A stretch of 64,000 nucleotides of DNA. It comes from a candidate division FCPU426 bacterium (lineage in GTDB: Bacteria; Oederibacteriota; Muellerivitia; Muellerivitales; DAHXKG01). The DNA is taken from NCBI GenBank assembly GCA_027366525.1, contig DAHXKG010000003.1:72097-136096 (forward strand), in the 5' to 3' direction. The position numbers and the translations under genes are program-made. Shown in pieces: positions 38,284 through 47,370 of the stretch; position 1 is the first letter of the stretch, and each line of letters opens with the position of its first letter. A model generated the notes under the pieces. It saw nothing but the letters and a program-made list of their open reading frames with translations. It did not search any database and was not told the DNA's origin.

Positions 38284-40998
38284 TTAAACCGACTTAGGTA
38301 ACTGAATCATGCCGGGGAGTTGAATAGTAAATTCTGTAAATTTTCCTGATTCACTCTGAACTGTAATCCGGCCATTTTGATCTTTGATAATTTGATAACA
38401 AATACTTAAGCCCAAACCCAATCCTTCGCCCACATCCTTGGTGGTAAAAAATGGATCAAAAACTTTTGAAATATTTTCTGGAGCAATACCGGTTCCATTG
38501 TCTCGAATATGTAGAAATATAAAGTTGTTTTCAAAACGACTTTGAATTTGAAGAGTTGGTTTTTCATCGGAATTAAAGTTTTTATTTTTCATAGCAGTCA
38601 AAGCATTTTGAATTAAATTTAATAATACTTGAATAATTCGGTTTTTATTGACTAGAACAAAATGTTCAGATGGAATTTGAACATCAATTTGAAATAGCTC
38701 AGGAATCTCATGTTGAATAAAGGTAAGTGTTGTAGAAATCAAGGGATGAACTTGAAACCAATCTTTTCCCATTGCATTCGGATGTGCAAAGCTTTTAAGG
38801 TTAGAAATGATTTTTTGAACTCGATCTAAGCCTTCTTCCATATCTTCAATCATATCAAGTATTTGATGCTTATCAGATTGTGTAGGGGAACCATATTTTT
38901 GTTTTAAAAGGTAGAGGGCTTGTAAAACATAATTTAAAGGATTGTTAATTTCATGAATGATGCCAGCGCTAAGAGTTCCTAAGGACGCCATTTTTTCATG
39001 TTGGATCAGTTGACTTTGAGTTTGTTTTAAAAGTTCAAGCGTTTCTTGAGCTTTTTGGTTCATTAATTCCAGATCGGCTTTTTGTTGTAAAATCTTTTTT
39101 TGAAATTCATGCGATTGTAAAATATTTTTAATTCTGATTTTTAATTCTAAGATAGAAAATGGTTTGGTTAAAAAATCAGTCGCTCCAGCGTTTAATGCTT
39201 CAATTTTCATTTCATCATCGGCTCGAGCAGTTAACATAATTACAGGAATGGTTTCTGTGTTTTTATGTTGAAAAAGTTCATGGCATACATCAATGCCATT
39301 TTTCCCAGGCAGCATCATGTCCAGGAGAATAATTTCTGGAGAATTTTGGATAGCAAGATGGATACCTTGATGGCCATCATTTGCTTCTAAGATTTTAAAT
39401 TGAGACTTGAGAATTAATCTTAAAAATTCTCGCATATCGGGTTCATCGTCAATAATGAGAATAAGCGGCTTTGTGGATCGCTCTTGGGTGGCCAATGACT
39501 CTGACGGCGATGGAAATAATGAAGAAAAATGCAGAATACGGTTATGTAAGTCCATATTTAATTGTTGGAGCGGCAAAGGCGACAAATCTTTTTTGTTTTT
39601 CAACTCTGGAGTTGTACTGTTTAAGGGGGAGGGGTGGCATGGCAGGGAAACCGTAATTTGTGTTTTTTGATTTAAAACTGATTCGACTTGAATCGTTCCA
39701 TGTTGAGCATCGACGAGTTCTTTGACGATCGAAAGGCCTAAGCCGGTTCCTGAATTTTGGTAGCTAGTATTGGGATCTGCTTTCCAAAATCGATCAAATA
39801 TTTTAGAAATATTTTCGGGTGCGATGCCTTGACCAGTATCTTCAACGGACAAAATAAAGTTTTGATTTTCGTATCGGCTGATTACGGTGATGCGTCCTTC
39901 TGGCGGCGTGAATTTAATGGAATTGAAAACAAGATTGAGAATTATCTTTTCCAGTTGGATTTGATCCATTTCAATGAGGATTAAGGAGGGATCAAATTGA
40001 ACGTCTAACATAATATTTTTGGATTCAGCGATTGTGTTCAATGAGAGTAACAGTCCACGTATGAAGGTTGGAATATCTGTCGGGGTGGGATTGAATGGCA
40101 TTTTTTGGGATTCGAGTTTAATCAGATCAAGAATATCATTGATATATCGTAGGAGGCGTTGTGCATTAACACTCATCAAGTTCAAGATTTGATTGGTTTT
40201 TTCATCAAATTCTTTGGATTTTTGAATTCGCAAATCTTCCAAAGGTGAAATTAAAAGTGTCAATGGGGTACGGAGCTCATGGCTGACATTGGCAAAAAAA
40301 TTACTTTTCAAGCGATCCAGCTCTAAAAGTTGCTGATACGATTTTTCCAATAATTTTTGACTTTGATCCAATTTATATCGAAGAGAAAATTCTTGGAATC
40401 TTAACCGGCTTTGAAAATAACTGGCAATAATTACAATAACATCGGTTAAAATCAGGAAGTATAAATTATTAATAAAGATATTAACGCTGATATTGCCAGG
40501 ATGAAAAAAGCAGGCCATTGCATAAATCAAAATGACACAAGAGCCAACAATTAGATTTTCAAAAAAGGTCCATGGGAAAATGAGCCCCACACCTAAAAGT
40601 ACTAAATTTAATCCCGCGTAATAGGGCGAGGCAGCTCCTTGGCTCATATAGATCATCCAAGCAATATCGGCAATGGGCAATAAGGGAAGCATCAAACTCC
40701 AAAACCGATAATGTTTGTAAAAAAAATCAGTTTGACAGAGTATCAAAAAAAGCAAGGCAAGGAATGCCGTAAGCAAACGCGAAATTAAGAATATCTTAAA
40801 CTGATCAGGATAAATGACGTAATCCAAAACGAGGCCAAACGGAACCAAAATAATAATTAAGAGGGCTTCTAAGCGAATGTTTTTTAATCGAATTTGTTTA
40901 TCATAATCAGCATAAGCGAATTCAATATCGTGAATGGAAATGTTGGAAAAAGGTTCAGTCATGATCGGATTTTCGTATTTCCATGAAGATATTAACAC
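38284..40998 (-). CDS. polytopic hybrid sensor histidine kinase with HK-REC-HK architecture
   Basis: about 6 TM N-terminal sensor; H-box SHELRTPL plus HATPase (DTGQGI, GTGLGLSI); receiver (IIDDEPD, LLDMMLP, TKPF); second H-box IIHEINNPL plus second HATPase (DNGTGI, GLGLGLSI); probable start at MTEPF (40962). Confidence 0.85.
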   Translation of the reverse strand: MLISSWKYENPIMTEPFSNISIHDIEFAYADYDKQIRLKNIRLEALLIIILVPFGLVLDYVIYPDQFKIFLISRLLTAFLALLFLILCQTDFFYKHYRFWSLMLPLLPIADIAWMIYMSQGAASPYYAGLNLVLLGVGLIFPWTFFENLIVGSCVILIYAMACFFHPGNISVNIFINNLYFLILTDVIVIIASYFQSRLRFQEFSLRYKLDQSQKLLEKSYQQLLELDRLKSNFFANVSHELRTPLTLLISPLEDLRIQKSKEFDEKTNQILNLMSVNAQRLLRYINDILDLIKLESQKMPFNPTPTDIPTFIRGLLLSLNTIAESKNIMLDVQFDPSLILIEMDQIQLEKIILNLVFNSIKFTPPEGRITVISRYENQNFILSVEDTGQGIAPENISKIFDRFWKADPNTSYQNSGTGLGLSIVKELVDAQHGTIQVESVLNQKTQITVSLPCHPSPLNSTTPELKNKKDLSPLPLQQLNMDLHNRILHFSSLFPSPSESLATQERSTKPLILIIDDEPDMREFLRLILKSQFKILEANDGHQGIHLAIQNSPEIILLDMMLPGKNGIDVCHELFQHKNTETIPVIMLTARADDEMKIEALNAGATDFLTKPFSILELKIRIKNILQSHEFQKKILQQKADLELMNQKAQETLELLKQTQSQLIQHEKMASLGTLSAGIIHEINNPLNYVLQALYLLKQKYGSPTQSDKHQILDMIEDMEEGLDRVQKIISNLKSFAHPNAMGKDWFQVHPLISTTLTFIQHEIPELFQIDVQIPSEHFVLVNKNRIIQVLLNLIQNALTAMKNKNFNSDEKPTLQIQSRFENNFIFLHIRDNGTGIAPENISKVFDPFFTTKDVGEGLGLGLSICYQIIKDQNGRITVQSESGKFTEFTIQLPGMIQLPKSV

Positions 40999-42367
40999 CC
41001 GTTGAATCGGATAAGACGTTCACTTGTTGTGGCTTGATACAATCGGGTGCAAGGGCGGATAATTGTTGTTCATTGCGATAAATTAAAAACCATTCGGCAA
41101 AATACTCCATAATGCTTTTAGAAGGATTGGATGTATGTACGTTGGTTACAACCAGCAAGCCGTTTGGAGCGAGCTGAGTATAAAAAAAATTCATTAACTG
41201 TTTGCAAATTTTATCCGACAAATAATCAAAGAGTCCGGCACAATAAATGAGATCATACGAATTCGTGGTTATTTCATTTGATTTAAAACTTTCTTTTAAG
41301 AGTTGCGTTACTGATTTTTTGATGAAGTGAATGTCGGACTGAAAATGATTTTGCGTTTTCAATGCACGAACCAAATTTTGAACATAATTGAGAGTTTCAT
41401 CATTGAAATCAACAAGCGTAAATTCGGCATCTCGTACCGAAGATTGAGAGAGAAAATGCTGAACTTCCTGAGCAGGACCACATCCTAGGTTAAAGACTCG
41501 AATACGTTTCTTTTTTAGCGATAGCTTATACGTCTCATTTTCAATTTGTTGAATTAAATATTGAATACGATTTCGGTGAGCTTCAGCTGGTGGTGTTTTC
41601 CAGAAAAAAAAATTTATCATTTTTGAGAAAAGCGAAGATCCAATAAAAGGATTACCTAAAATCATGCGAACCATTTCATAGTCTCCGGCATATCCTAGCG
41701 GTTTATGAAAAATGCGATGCATAAAGGGGGAACAAAGGATTAATGAATGAAGTTGACGTTGGGCATAAATTCTGTGGATGGATTGAAGTTCGGGTTGAAT
41801 AATTTGTGTGATTTTTTCAAAACGACTAAAAAGGTGATAGGTAGTTTCTAAAAACGGTTTTTCTAATTTTTGAATCGTTTCCTGCTCCAATTGGGGCTGA
41901 AGTTTGGGGGAATTTGTTTGTAGTTGAAATTCAATTTGTTCTAGCCACTGTCTTAGTTCTACTAACAGAACATAGATATCGGCAATAATCACCTTGAATT
42001 CAGGAATAATAGTATTAGTTTTTTCAAATTCTTTTAAGAAATGGTCGAACTCAAGTTCTATTTGATATTTTGGATGTGTAAAAAAAAAATCGATATTAAG
42101 CCATGAATTTTCTAAAGTCGCTTCGCAAATCAAAACGATGCCTGTATTGACCAGATTACTGACCGTGGCTCGGCCTGAGTAAAGAATTTGTTCTCCCAAA
42201 ATAATTTGAAATTCGGTAAGAACTTCAGACAGTTGAATGACGCTATAAATATTATAAATTTCAAAAACAATTTGATATCTGGTTAAATGCAATGAGGTCG
42301 CTTGAAATTTAATTCCTTGACTGTTTTTCCCAATAACAAATGTATTCTTTCCAAGTGTGGAAATCAT
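40955..42367 (-). CDS. class I SAM-dependent methyltransferase with large N-terminal extension (PhcB-like architecture)
   Basis: motif I RVFNLGCGPAQE in the C-terminal half; 470 aa, versus about 467 aa recalled for Ralstonia PhcB; first gene of the operon, 8-nt overlap with the kinase gene. Confidence 0.6.
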   Translation of the reverse strand: MISTLGKNTFVIGKNSQGIKFQATSLHLTRYQIVFEIYNIYSVIQLSEVLTEFQIILGEQILYSGRATVSNLVNTGIVLICEATLENSWLNIDFFFTHPKYQIELEFDHFLKEFEKTNTIIPEFKVIIADIYVLLVELRQWLEQIEFQLQTNSPKLQPQLEQETIQKLEKPFLETTYHLFSRFEKITQIIQPELQSIHRIYAQRQLHSLILCSPFMHRIFHKPLGYAGDYEMVRMILGNPFIGSSLFSKMINFFFWKTPPAEAHRNRIQYLIQQIENETYKLSLKKKRIRVFNLGCGPAQEVQHFLSQSSVRDAEFTLVDFNDETLNYVQNLVRALKTQNHFQSDIHFIKKSVTQLLKESFKSNEITTNSYDLIYCAGLFDYLSDKICKQLMNFFYTQLAPNGLLVVTNVHTSNPSKSIMEYFAEWFLIYRNEQQLSALAPDCIKPQQVNVLSDSTGVNIFMEIRKSDHD

Positions 42368-42823
42368 AAAATTTTTAGGTACCTTGAAATTTATAATAAA
42401 TAATTTATAGACTTATTATACTCGTAAGCAGCATTGCATAGAAAAATGTAAGTAAAAAAAAGATTAATAAAAGTGTTTAAATTTTGTCCGAAATTATTAA
42501 AAGCAAATTGAGAGTGAATCGATTCAGAGAGCATGAAGTAAAAAATTTTAGTAGAGGGAGTGATGCAGTCTGCTCAATTGAGTTCGATCCGAAGTGATAT
42601 TTGTCTAAAATGTTTATAATTCCAAATGATGGATAAGCGATGGAGTAATACAAATGCTTATTTGATAAATGGATATAAAATAAATGCTTTTTTTACCTTT
42701 TAAAAAGACAACAATAAAGTGGGCCATTTATCAAAGAGCGTCCTCTTGACTCTCATGGTAAAACCAAGCATTATATAGTTAGTACTAGGTGGCTTAAGAT
42801 ATTTTTTTAAGGAGATATATGTT

Positions 42824-43147
42824 ATGGTTAATTTGACCGATGCGGCAGTTCAGAAGATCAAGGATTTTTCGACCCAGAATAGCAGTTATCAAGGCAAATT
42901 TTTTAGAGTTTTTATTCAAAGCGGTGGATGCCATGGTTTTTCGTATGGATTCACATTTGATCAAAAACGGGACAATGACGAGATTAATCAGATAAGCGAT
43001 TTGGAAGTATTGATCGATTCAGAAAGTTCAAAATATTTGAGTGGCTCTAAAATTGATTATATCGAGGATCTACACGGCGCTGGATTTGTAGTGGAAAATC
43101 CTAATGCCAAAGGGTCCTGTGGGTGTGGAAATTCTGTAAATTTTTAA
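42824..43147 (+). CDS. A-type iron-sulfur cluster carrier (IscA/ErpA/SufA family)
   Basis: GGCHGFSYGF and C-terminal GSCGCG motifs; 107 aa. Confidence 0.8.
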   Translation: MVNLTDAAVQKIKDFSTQNSSYQGKFFRVFIQSGGCHGFSYGFTFDQKRDNDEINQISDLEVLIDSESSKYLSGSKIDYIEDLHGAGFVVENPNAKGSCGCGNSVNF

Positions 43148-43203
43148 TTGGCAAATCTCTAATCCCAATAGAATAAGACGAGAGGTGAGATGAGAGGATA
43201 GCT

Positions 43204-43446
43204 ATGTTACCAAACGCCGTTGTTTTATCGACGGACATTTTAGCTGATAAATCAGGCAAAGTAACGGAACAATCAGTCACTGAGAAATTCAAGTTGTTCC
43301 AACCTGAAGAATACCAAGGCAAAAAAGTAATGATTAAGGGTTGCGCTCCTTCATGGGCGGTTTTAATGTTGCAACATAAACTTGAAGGAATTGCGGCAAG
43401 TTTGTCTTTTGTTCTTTACGATGGAAAAGAATATCAAATTTGGTAA
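43204..43446 (+). CDS. small conserved-looking protein of unknown function inside the lipoylation cluster
   Basis: 80-aa ORF tightly spaced between the iscA-like and lipoate ligase genes; single Cys (KGCAPSW). Confidence 0.3.
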   Translation: MLPNAVVLSTDILADKSGKVTEQSVTEKFKLFQPEEYQGKKVMIKGCAPSWAVLMLQHKLEGIAASLSFVLYDGKEYQIW

Positions 43447-43458
43447 GCTGATCTTACC

Positions 43459-44169
43459 ATGTCCAATTCAACCCAAATTATTTCATGGAAACTTTTGCGA
43501 TCATCATTTCAACCGCATTGTTCTCATATGCAGTGGGATCGAGAGCAATTTGAAGCATTTCAAGAAGACGATACTCCATTACTCCGATTTTATTCATTTC
43601 AAGCTCCAACGATAACGATTGGTCGATTAGAAGTCCAGCAGGGACATCGGATCCCATCGCATGTTCCGATTGACGTTCGACCGACAGGCGGACGAGCCGT
43701 GTATCATGGCTCGAAAGACTTATGCTATTCGGTGATGGCCCCTTGTTGGAATTCGCAGGTCGGTGGATCATTACTGGAAAGTTACCTTAAAATCAGTCGA
43801 ATCTTGCAAGCAGCGTTCCTTGCGTTAGGAAAAAATGTTGAACTTGCATCACATCGGATACCGACTCAAAAAGCTAAACATTGTTTTTCATCGCCTTCAT
43901 ATGCAGAACTGCTTTTGCATGATAAAAAAATAGCCGGCGGCGCGCAATGCCGTCGTCAAAATGTTTTTTTACAGCAAGGTGTTATCTTATTGGACGTGGA
44001 TCCAGAATGGGAATGTTTGAGTCCTGAATGGAGGGGAGAAGGGATGGCGGGATTAAATTATGAAAATGAACAATACATTTCTAGGCCACAACTAGAAGCA
44101 GCCATCATCAAAAGTTTTGAAGCGTGTGGCATTGGGTGGCTCGAATATGATTTTCATAATGGAAAGTAA
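43459..44169 (+). CDS. lipoate-protein ligase/octanoyltransferase (BPL/LPL catalytic domain; LipM/LplA-like)
   Basis: RPTGGRAVYHG and KIAGGAQCRR (catalytic Lys) motifs. Confidence 0.7.
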   Translation: MSNSTQIISWKLLRSSFQPHCSHMQWDREQFEAFQEDDTPLLRFYSFQAPTITIGRLEVQQGHRIPSHVPIDVRPTGGRAVYHGSKDLCYSVMAPCWNSQVGGSLLESYLKISRILQAAFLALGKNVELASHRIPTQKAKHCFSSPSYAELLLHDKKIAGGAQCRRQNVFLQQGVILLDVDPEWECLSPEWRGEGMAGLNYENEQYISRPQLEAAIIKSFEACGIGWLEYDFHNGK

Positions 44170-44175
44170 AAAAGC

Positions 44176-45477
44176 ATGAAAAAATTTGATGTCCTTGTTA
44201 TTGGAGGTGGACCTGGCGGATATCGATCCGCATTCCATTTAGCGCGACAAGGCAAATCAGTAGCTTTGTTTGAAAAAGATAAATTGGGAGGATCCTGTCT
44301 CCATCGAGGATGTATTCCAACCAAAATGATGCAGGTAGCAGCCAATCACTATGTTACTTTGATCCAAGAATCAAAAGATTGGGGCATTGAGTTTGATGCG
44401 GTTCGATTGAATTTTCATGCGATTATTCAAAGATTGCAGCGAACGGTATCCATTTTGGAACGCGGGATTCAATCGTTGCTTCAAACCGCAAATGTAGAAA
44501 TTATTCACGGCGAAGCGATGATTCGGGAACCTCACTGGGTGCAATGTGGTTTAGAAGATTATCAAGGTGAAAAATTGATTCTTGCAACCGGATCACGTCC
44601 ACGTCAGATTCCATCATGGGAACTTTCAGAAACTGTTGTTACGAGTGATGAGCTGCTGCTCAAACCCAAGCTGCCTAAATCATTGTTGATAATTGGAGGA
44701 GGGATTATTGGATTAGAGTTTGCATGTTTGTATGCGCACTGGGGTGTGCCGGTTCGCATTAGTGAAATTGCTGCAGACCTGCTTCCATCCCAGGATGCGG
44801 AAGTGAGACAAATTCTATTAAATGCGCTCCAGAAAATGGGTGTCGTCCTGGAATTGGGGGTGTCTTCAGTTCATCGCCAAGACGAAGAATTAGTTTTAAT
44901 TGCGATAGGACGCAAAACGAATATTGACCTGGCGGGACTTCAAAATCTCCATCTTCAAATAAATCAAGAACGTGTTACCACGAATGAATATCTTCAAACC
45001 TCGCATCCCGATGTTTTTGCAATTGGAGATTTGACCACGCGCTATCCGTATGCCCATACCGCCTATGAACACGCAAGAATTGTCAGCCAATACTTGGGGG
45101 GAGCATCAAACATAAAACCACTCAATGATCAAATTATTCCACATGTAATATTTACATCGCCGGAAATAGCCTCAATTGGGTGGACTGAATTTCAAGCACG
45201 ACAAACCAGTCATTCTGTTAAAATTATTAAAAAAAATTGGGCTGCTAATAGTAAGGCTCGAATCTTGGGAAAAATTCAAGGATTTAGTAAGGTGATTTAT
45301 GACGGAATTTCAGGTAAAATTCTAGGTTGTCATCTTGTCGGGCCTTCAGCTACGGATTTAATTGGCGAAGCCTGCGTATGGATGGCAAAAAATCTTACGA
45401 TAGAAGAAATTCAGACAGTGCTTCATCCACATCCCACGTTAAGTGAAATTTTTGATTATCAAGAACAGGAGATGTAA
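44176..45477 (+). CDS. lpdA: dihydrolipoyl dehydrogenase (E3 / L-protein)
   Basis: GGGPGG FAD motif; redox disulfide GGSCLHRGCIPTK; C-terminal HPHPTLSE. Confidence 0.9.
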   Translation: MKKFDVLVIGGGPGGYRSAFHLARQGKSVALFEKDKLGGSCLHRGCIPTKMMQVAANHYVTLIQESKDWGIEFDAVRLNFHAIIQRLQRTVSILERGIQSLLQTANVEIIHGEAMIREPHWVQCGLEDYQGEKLILATGSRPRQIPSWELSETVVTSDELLLKPKLPKSLLIIGGGIIGLEFACLYAHWGVPVRISEIAADLLPSQDAEVRQILLNALQKMGVVLELGVSSVHRQDEELVLIAIGRKTNIDLAGLQNLHLQINQERVTTNEYLQTSHPDVFAIGDLTTRYPYAHTAYEHARIVSQYLGGASNIKPLNDQIIPHVIFTSPEIASIGWTEFQARQTSHSVKIIKKNWAANSKARILGKIQGFSKVIYDGISGKILGCHLVGPSATDLIGEACVWMAKNLTIEEIQTVLHPHPTLSEIFDYQEQEM

Positions 45478-45479
45478 AT

Positions 45480-45728
45480 ATGAAAAAATATATTGCAGGG
45501 ATAGGGTTGGGGGTTTTTATGATGGGATGGGCTATGATGGCATCAGCACGCGTGATTTATCAGTCCACGCATACTGCCAATTTTAACTGGAAATTTGGTC
45601 AACCAATTCGATCAACGTGGACTATCCGACAAAATCTACCGTATACTTCAAAATCGATAGAACCCAGGCCAACACCCGATATCAAATTGAATGATCCACG
45701 GCTACGAAATCAAGGATGGAATTGGTGA
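45480..45728 (+). CDS. small secreted protein, unknown function
   Basis: signal peptide (GIGLGVFMMGWAMMASA); 82 aa. Confidence 0.25.
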   Translation: MKKYIAGIGLGVFMMGWAMMASARVIYQSTHTANFNWKFGQPIRSTWTIRQNLPYTSKSIEPRPTPDIKLNDPRLRNQGWNW

Positions 45729-45781
45729 TTTTGAAAGGATGAATCGTCATCAATGAACCTCGTATTGTATGGGAATGGAAA

Positions 45782-46873
45782 ATGAAAGATACTTTTTGTC
45801 TCTCGTGGGATCAAGCGCATGGCGCTCGATTAGTGGATTTTCATGGTTGGCGGATGCCTATATCTTATGCTAAGGGCATTCTTTATGAACACCAAGCTAC
45901 GCGTACGCAGGCCGGTCTTTTTAACATTTCTCATATGGGCCGTTTGTTTATCACCGGTAATGAGGCTACAAAATTTTCCAATTTTGCACTTACGAATGAC
46001 ATTGAGGCGTTACCGATCAACAACGCAGAATATGGACTTCTATTAAATCAAACTGGCGGCATTATTGATGATGTTATTGTTTATAAATATTCGCCCCACA
46101 AGATTTTATGGATTGTAAATGCTGGAAATTTAGAAAAAGATTTACAACATTTACAACAGCTAGCTCAAAACTATGAAATCACGATACAAAATATCTCGGA
46201 GGAAACGGCGCTTTTAGCACTCCAAGGACCTTGGTCTCAAAAAGTACTTGCCCCGATTTTTGAAGGCCAAGATTTATCACAAATTCCGTATTTTGGATTT
46301 ACAGAAGGGTGTTTGCTAGGCCGCCATGTTTTGGTGATGGCAACCGGATATACAGGGGAAGATGGCTATGAATTGATGATGGACCAAAAAGATGCCATGC
46401 CTATTTGGGAACAATTAGCACAGATTTCGGGCGTGGAACCATGTGGACTAGGAGCTCGGGACTCTTTGAGATTGGAGGCAGGACTTCCGCTTCATGGAAA
46501 TGAAATGGATGAAACTACGCAACCATTTGAAGTATCCTTGAATTGGGCAGTAAAAATGAATAAACCTGGTGGGTTTTATGGGAAAGAATCATTAAAACTG
46601 AACCCCAATCGCCAATTAATTGGTGTCAATCTAGTTAATTCAGTCATTCCACGGTCTGGGCAAATGATTTTTAACCAAGATAAAGTTGTAGGACATGTAA
46701 CTAGTGGCAATTTTTCTCCGACCTTAAAAAAAGGCATTGCTTTAGGTTCTGTTCAAAAGGACAACTTAAATCAATCACTCACCATTGAAATTCGTGGAAA
46801 ACATCAGCCAATATTTATTTCCAAATTACCTTGGGTGAGAAATATAAAAAAAAAGAAAGCTAAACGACCATAA
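45782..46873 (+). CDS. gcvT: glycine cleavage system aminomethyltransferase T protein
   Basis: LVDFHGWRMPISYAKGILYEHQATRTQAGLFNISHMG motif region; 363 aa. Confidence 0.9.
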   Translation: MKDTFCLSWDQAHGARLVDFHGWRMPISYAKGILYEHQATRTQAGLFNISHMGRLFITGNEATKFSNFALTNDIEALPINNAEYGLLLNQTGGIIDDVIVYKYSPHKILWIVNAGNLEKDLQHLQQLAQNYEITIQNISEETALLALQGPWSQKVLAPIFEGQDLSQIPYFGFTEGCLLGRHVLVMATGYTGEDGYELMMDQKDAMPIWEQLAQISGVEPCGLGARDSLRLEAGLPLHGNEMDETTQPFEVSLNWAVKMNKPGGFYGKESLKLNPNRQLIGVNLVNSVIPRSGQMIFNQDKVVGHVTSGNFSPTLKKGIALGSVQKDNLNQSLTIEIRGKHQPIFISKLPWVRNIKKKKAKRP

Positions 46874-46977
46874 TAAATATTACTTTAAAATATTTTTTTT
46901 TTAGGTAATATCAATGCAAATTAACAATTAACTTTGGAATGCGATGGGATCCGATTTTTAATTTAAGAAAGGGTGAT

Positions 46978-47352
46978 ATGAAAAAGTTTTCAAAATCCCA
47001 TGAGTGGTATGAACCAATCAATGATCATGGCATCCGCATAGGTATTACGCATCATGCGGCCGTTGAATTATCGGATGTGGTCTTTGTTGAATTTCCAGAT
47101 ATTGGAAAAAAATTAAGCGATCGACAAAGCGTTTGCGTCTTGGAATCAGTTAAAGCCGTTGCCGATGTTTATAGTCTGGCAGGGGAAGTCATCGCGATAA
47201 ATGAAAAATTGAAAACCGAACCGCAATTGGTGAATCAGGATCCTCAAGGATCCGGATGGCTGGTGGAAGTCCGATTAAATGACATGAATAGTTTGAATAA
47301 TTACATGACCGAAGAAGACTATTTAGAGTTTGTCAATTCATCGTCAACATAA
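46978..47352 (+). CDS. gcvH: glycine cleavage system H protein (lipoyl carrier)
   Basis: start at MKKFSKSHEWYE; lipoyl-lysine motif ESVKAVADVYS; 124 aa. Confidence 0.85.
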   Translation: MKKFSKSHEWYEPINDHGIRIGITHHAAVELSDVVFVEFPDIGKKLSDRQSVCVLESVKAVADVYSLAGEVIAINEKLKTEPQLVNQDPQGSGWLVEVRLNDMNSLNNYMTEEDYLEFVNSSST

Positions 47353-47370
47353 CTAGAGTTTAGGAACAGC

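Noticed and set aside
38284-40998. Possibility that the 904-aa kinase is two genes fused by a sequencing error
   Set aside because: The reading frame is continuous through the receiver linker with no stop or obvious frameshift signature, and the domain order HK-REC-HK is internally coherent. It is kept as one gene but flagged for read-level verification.
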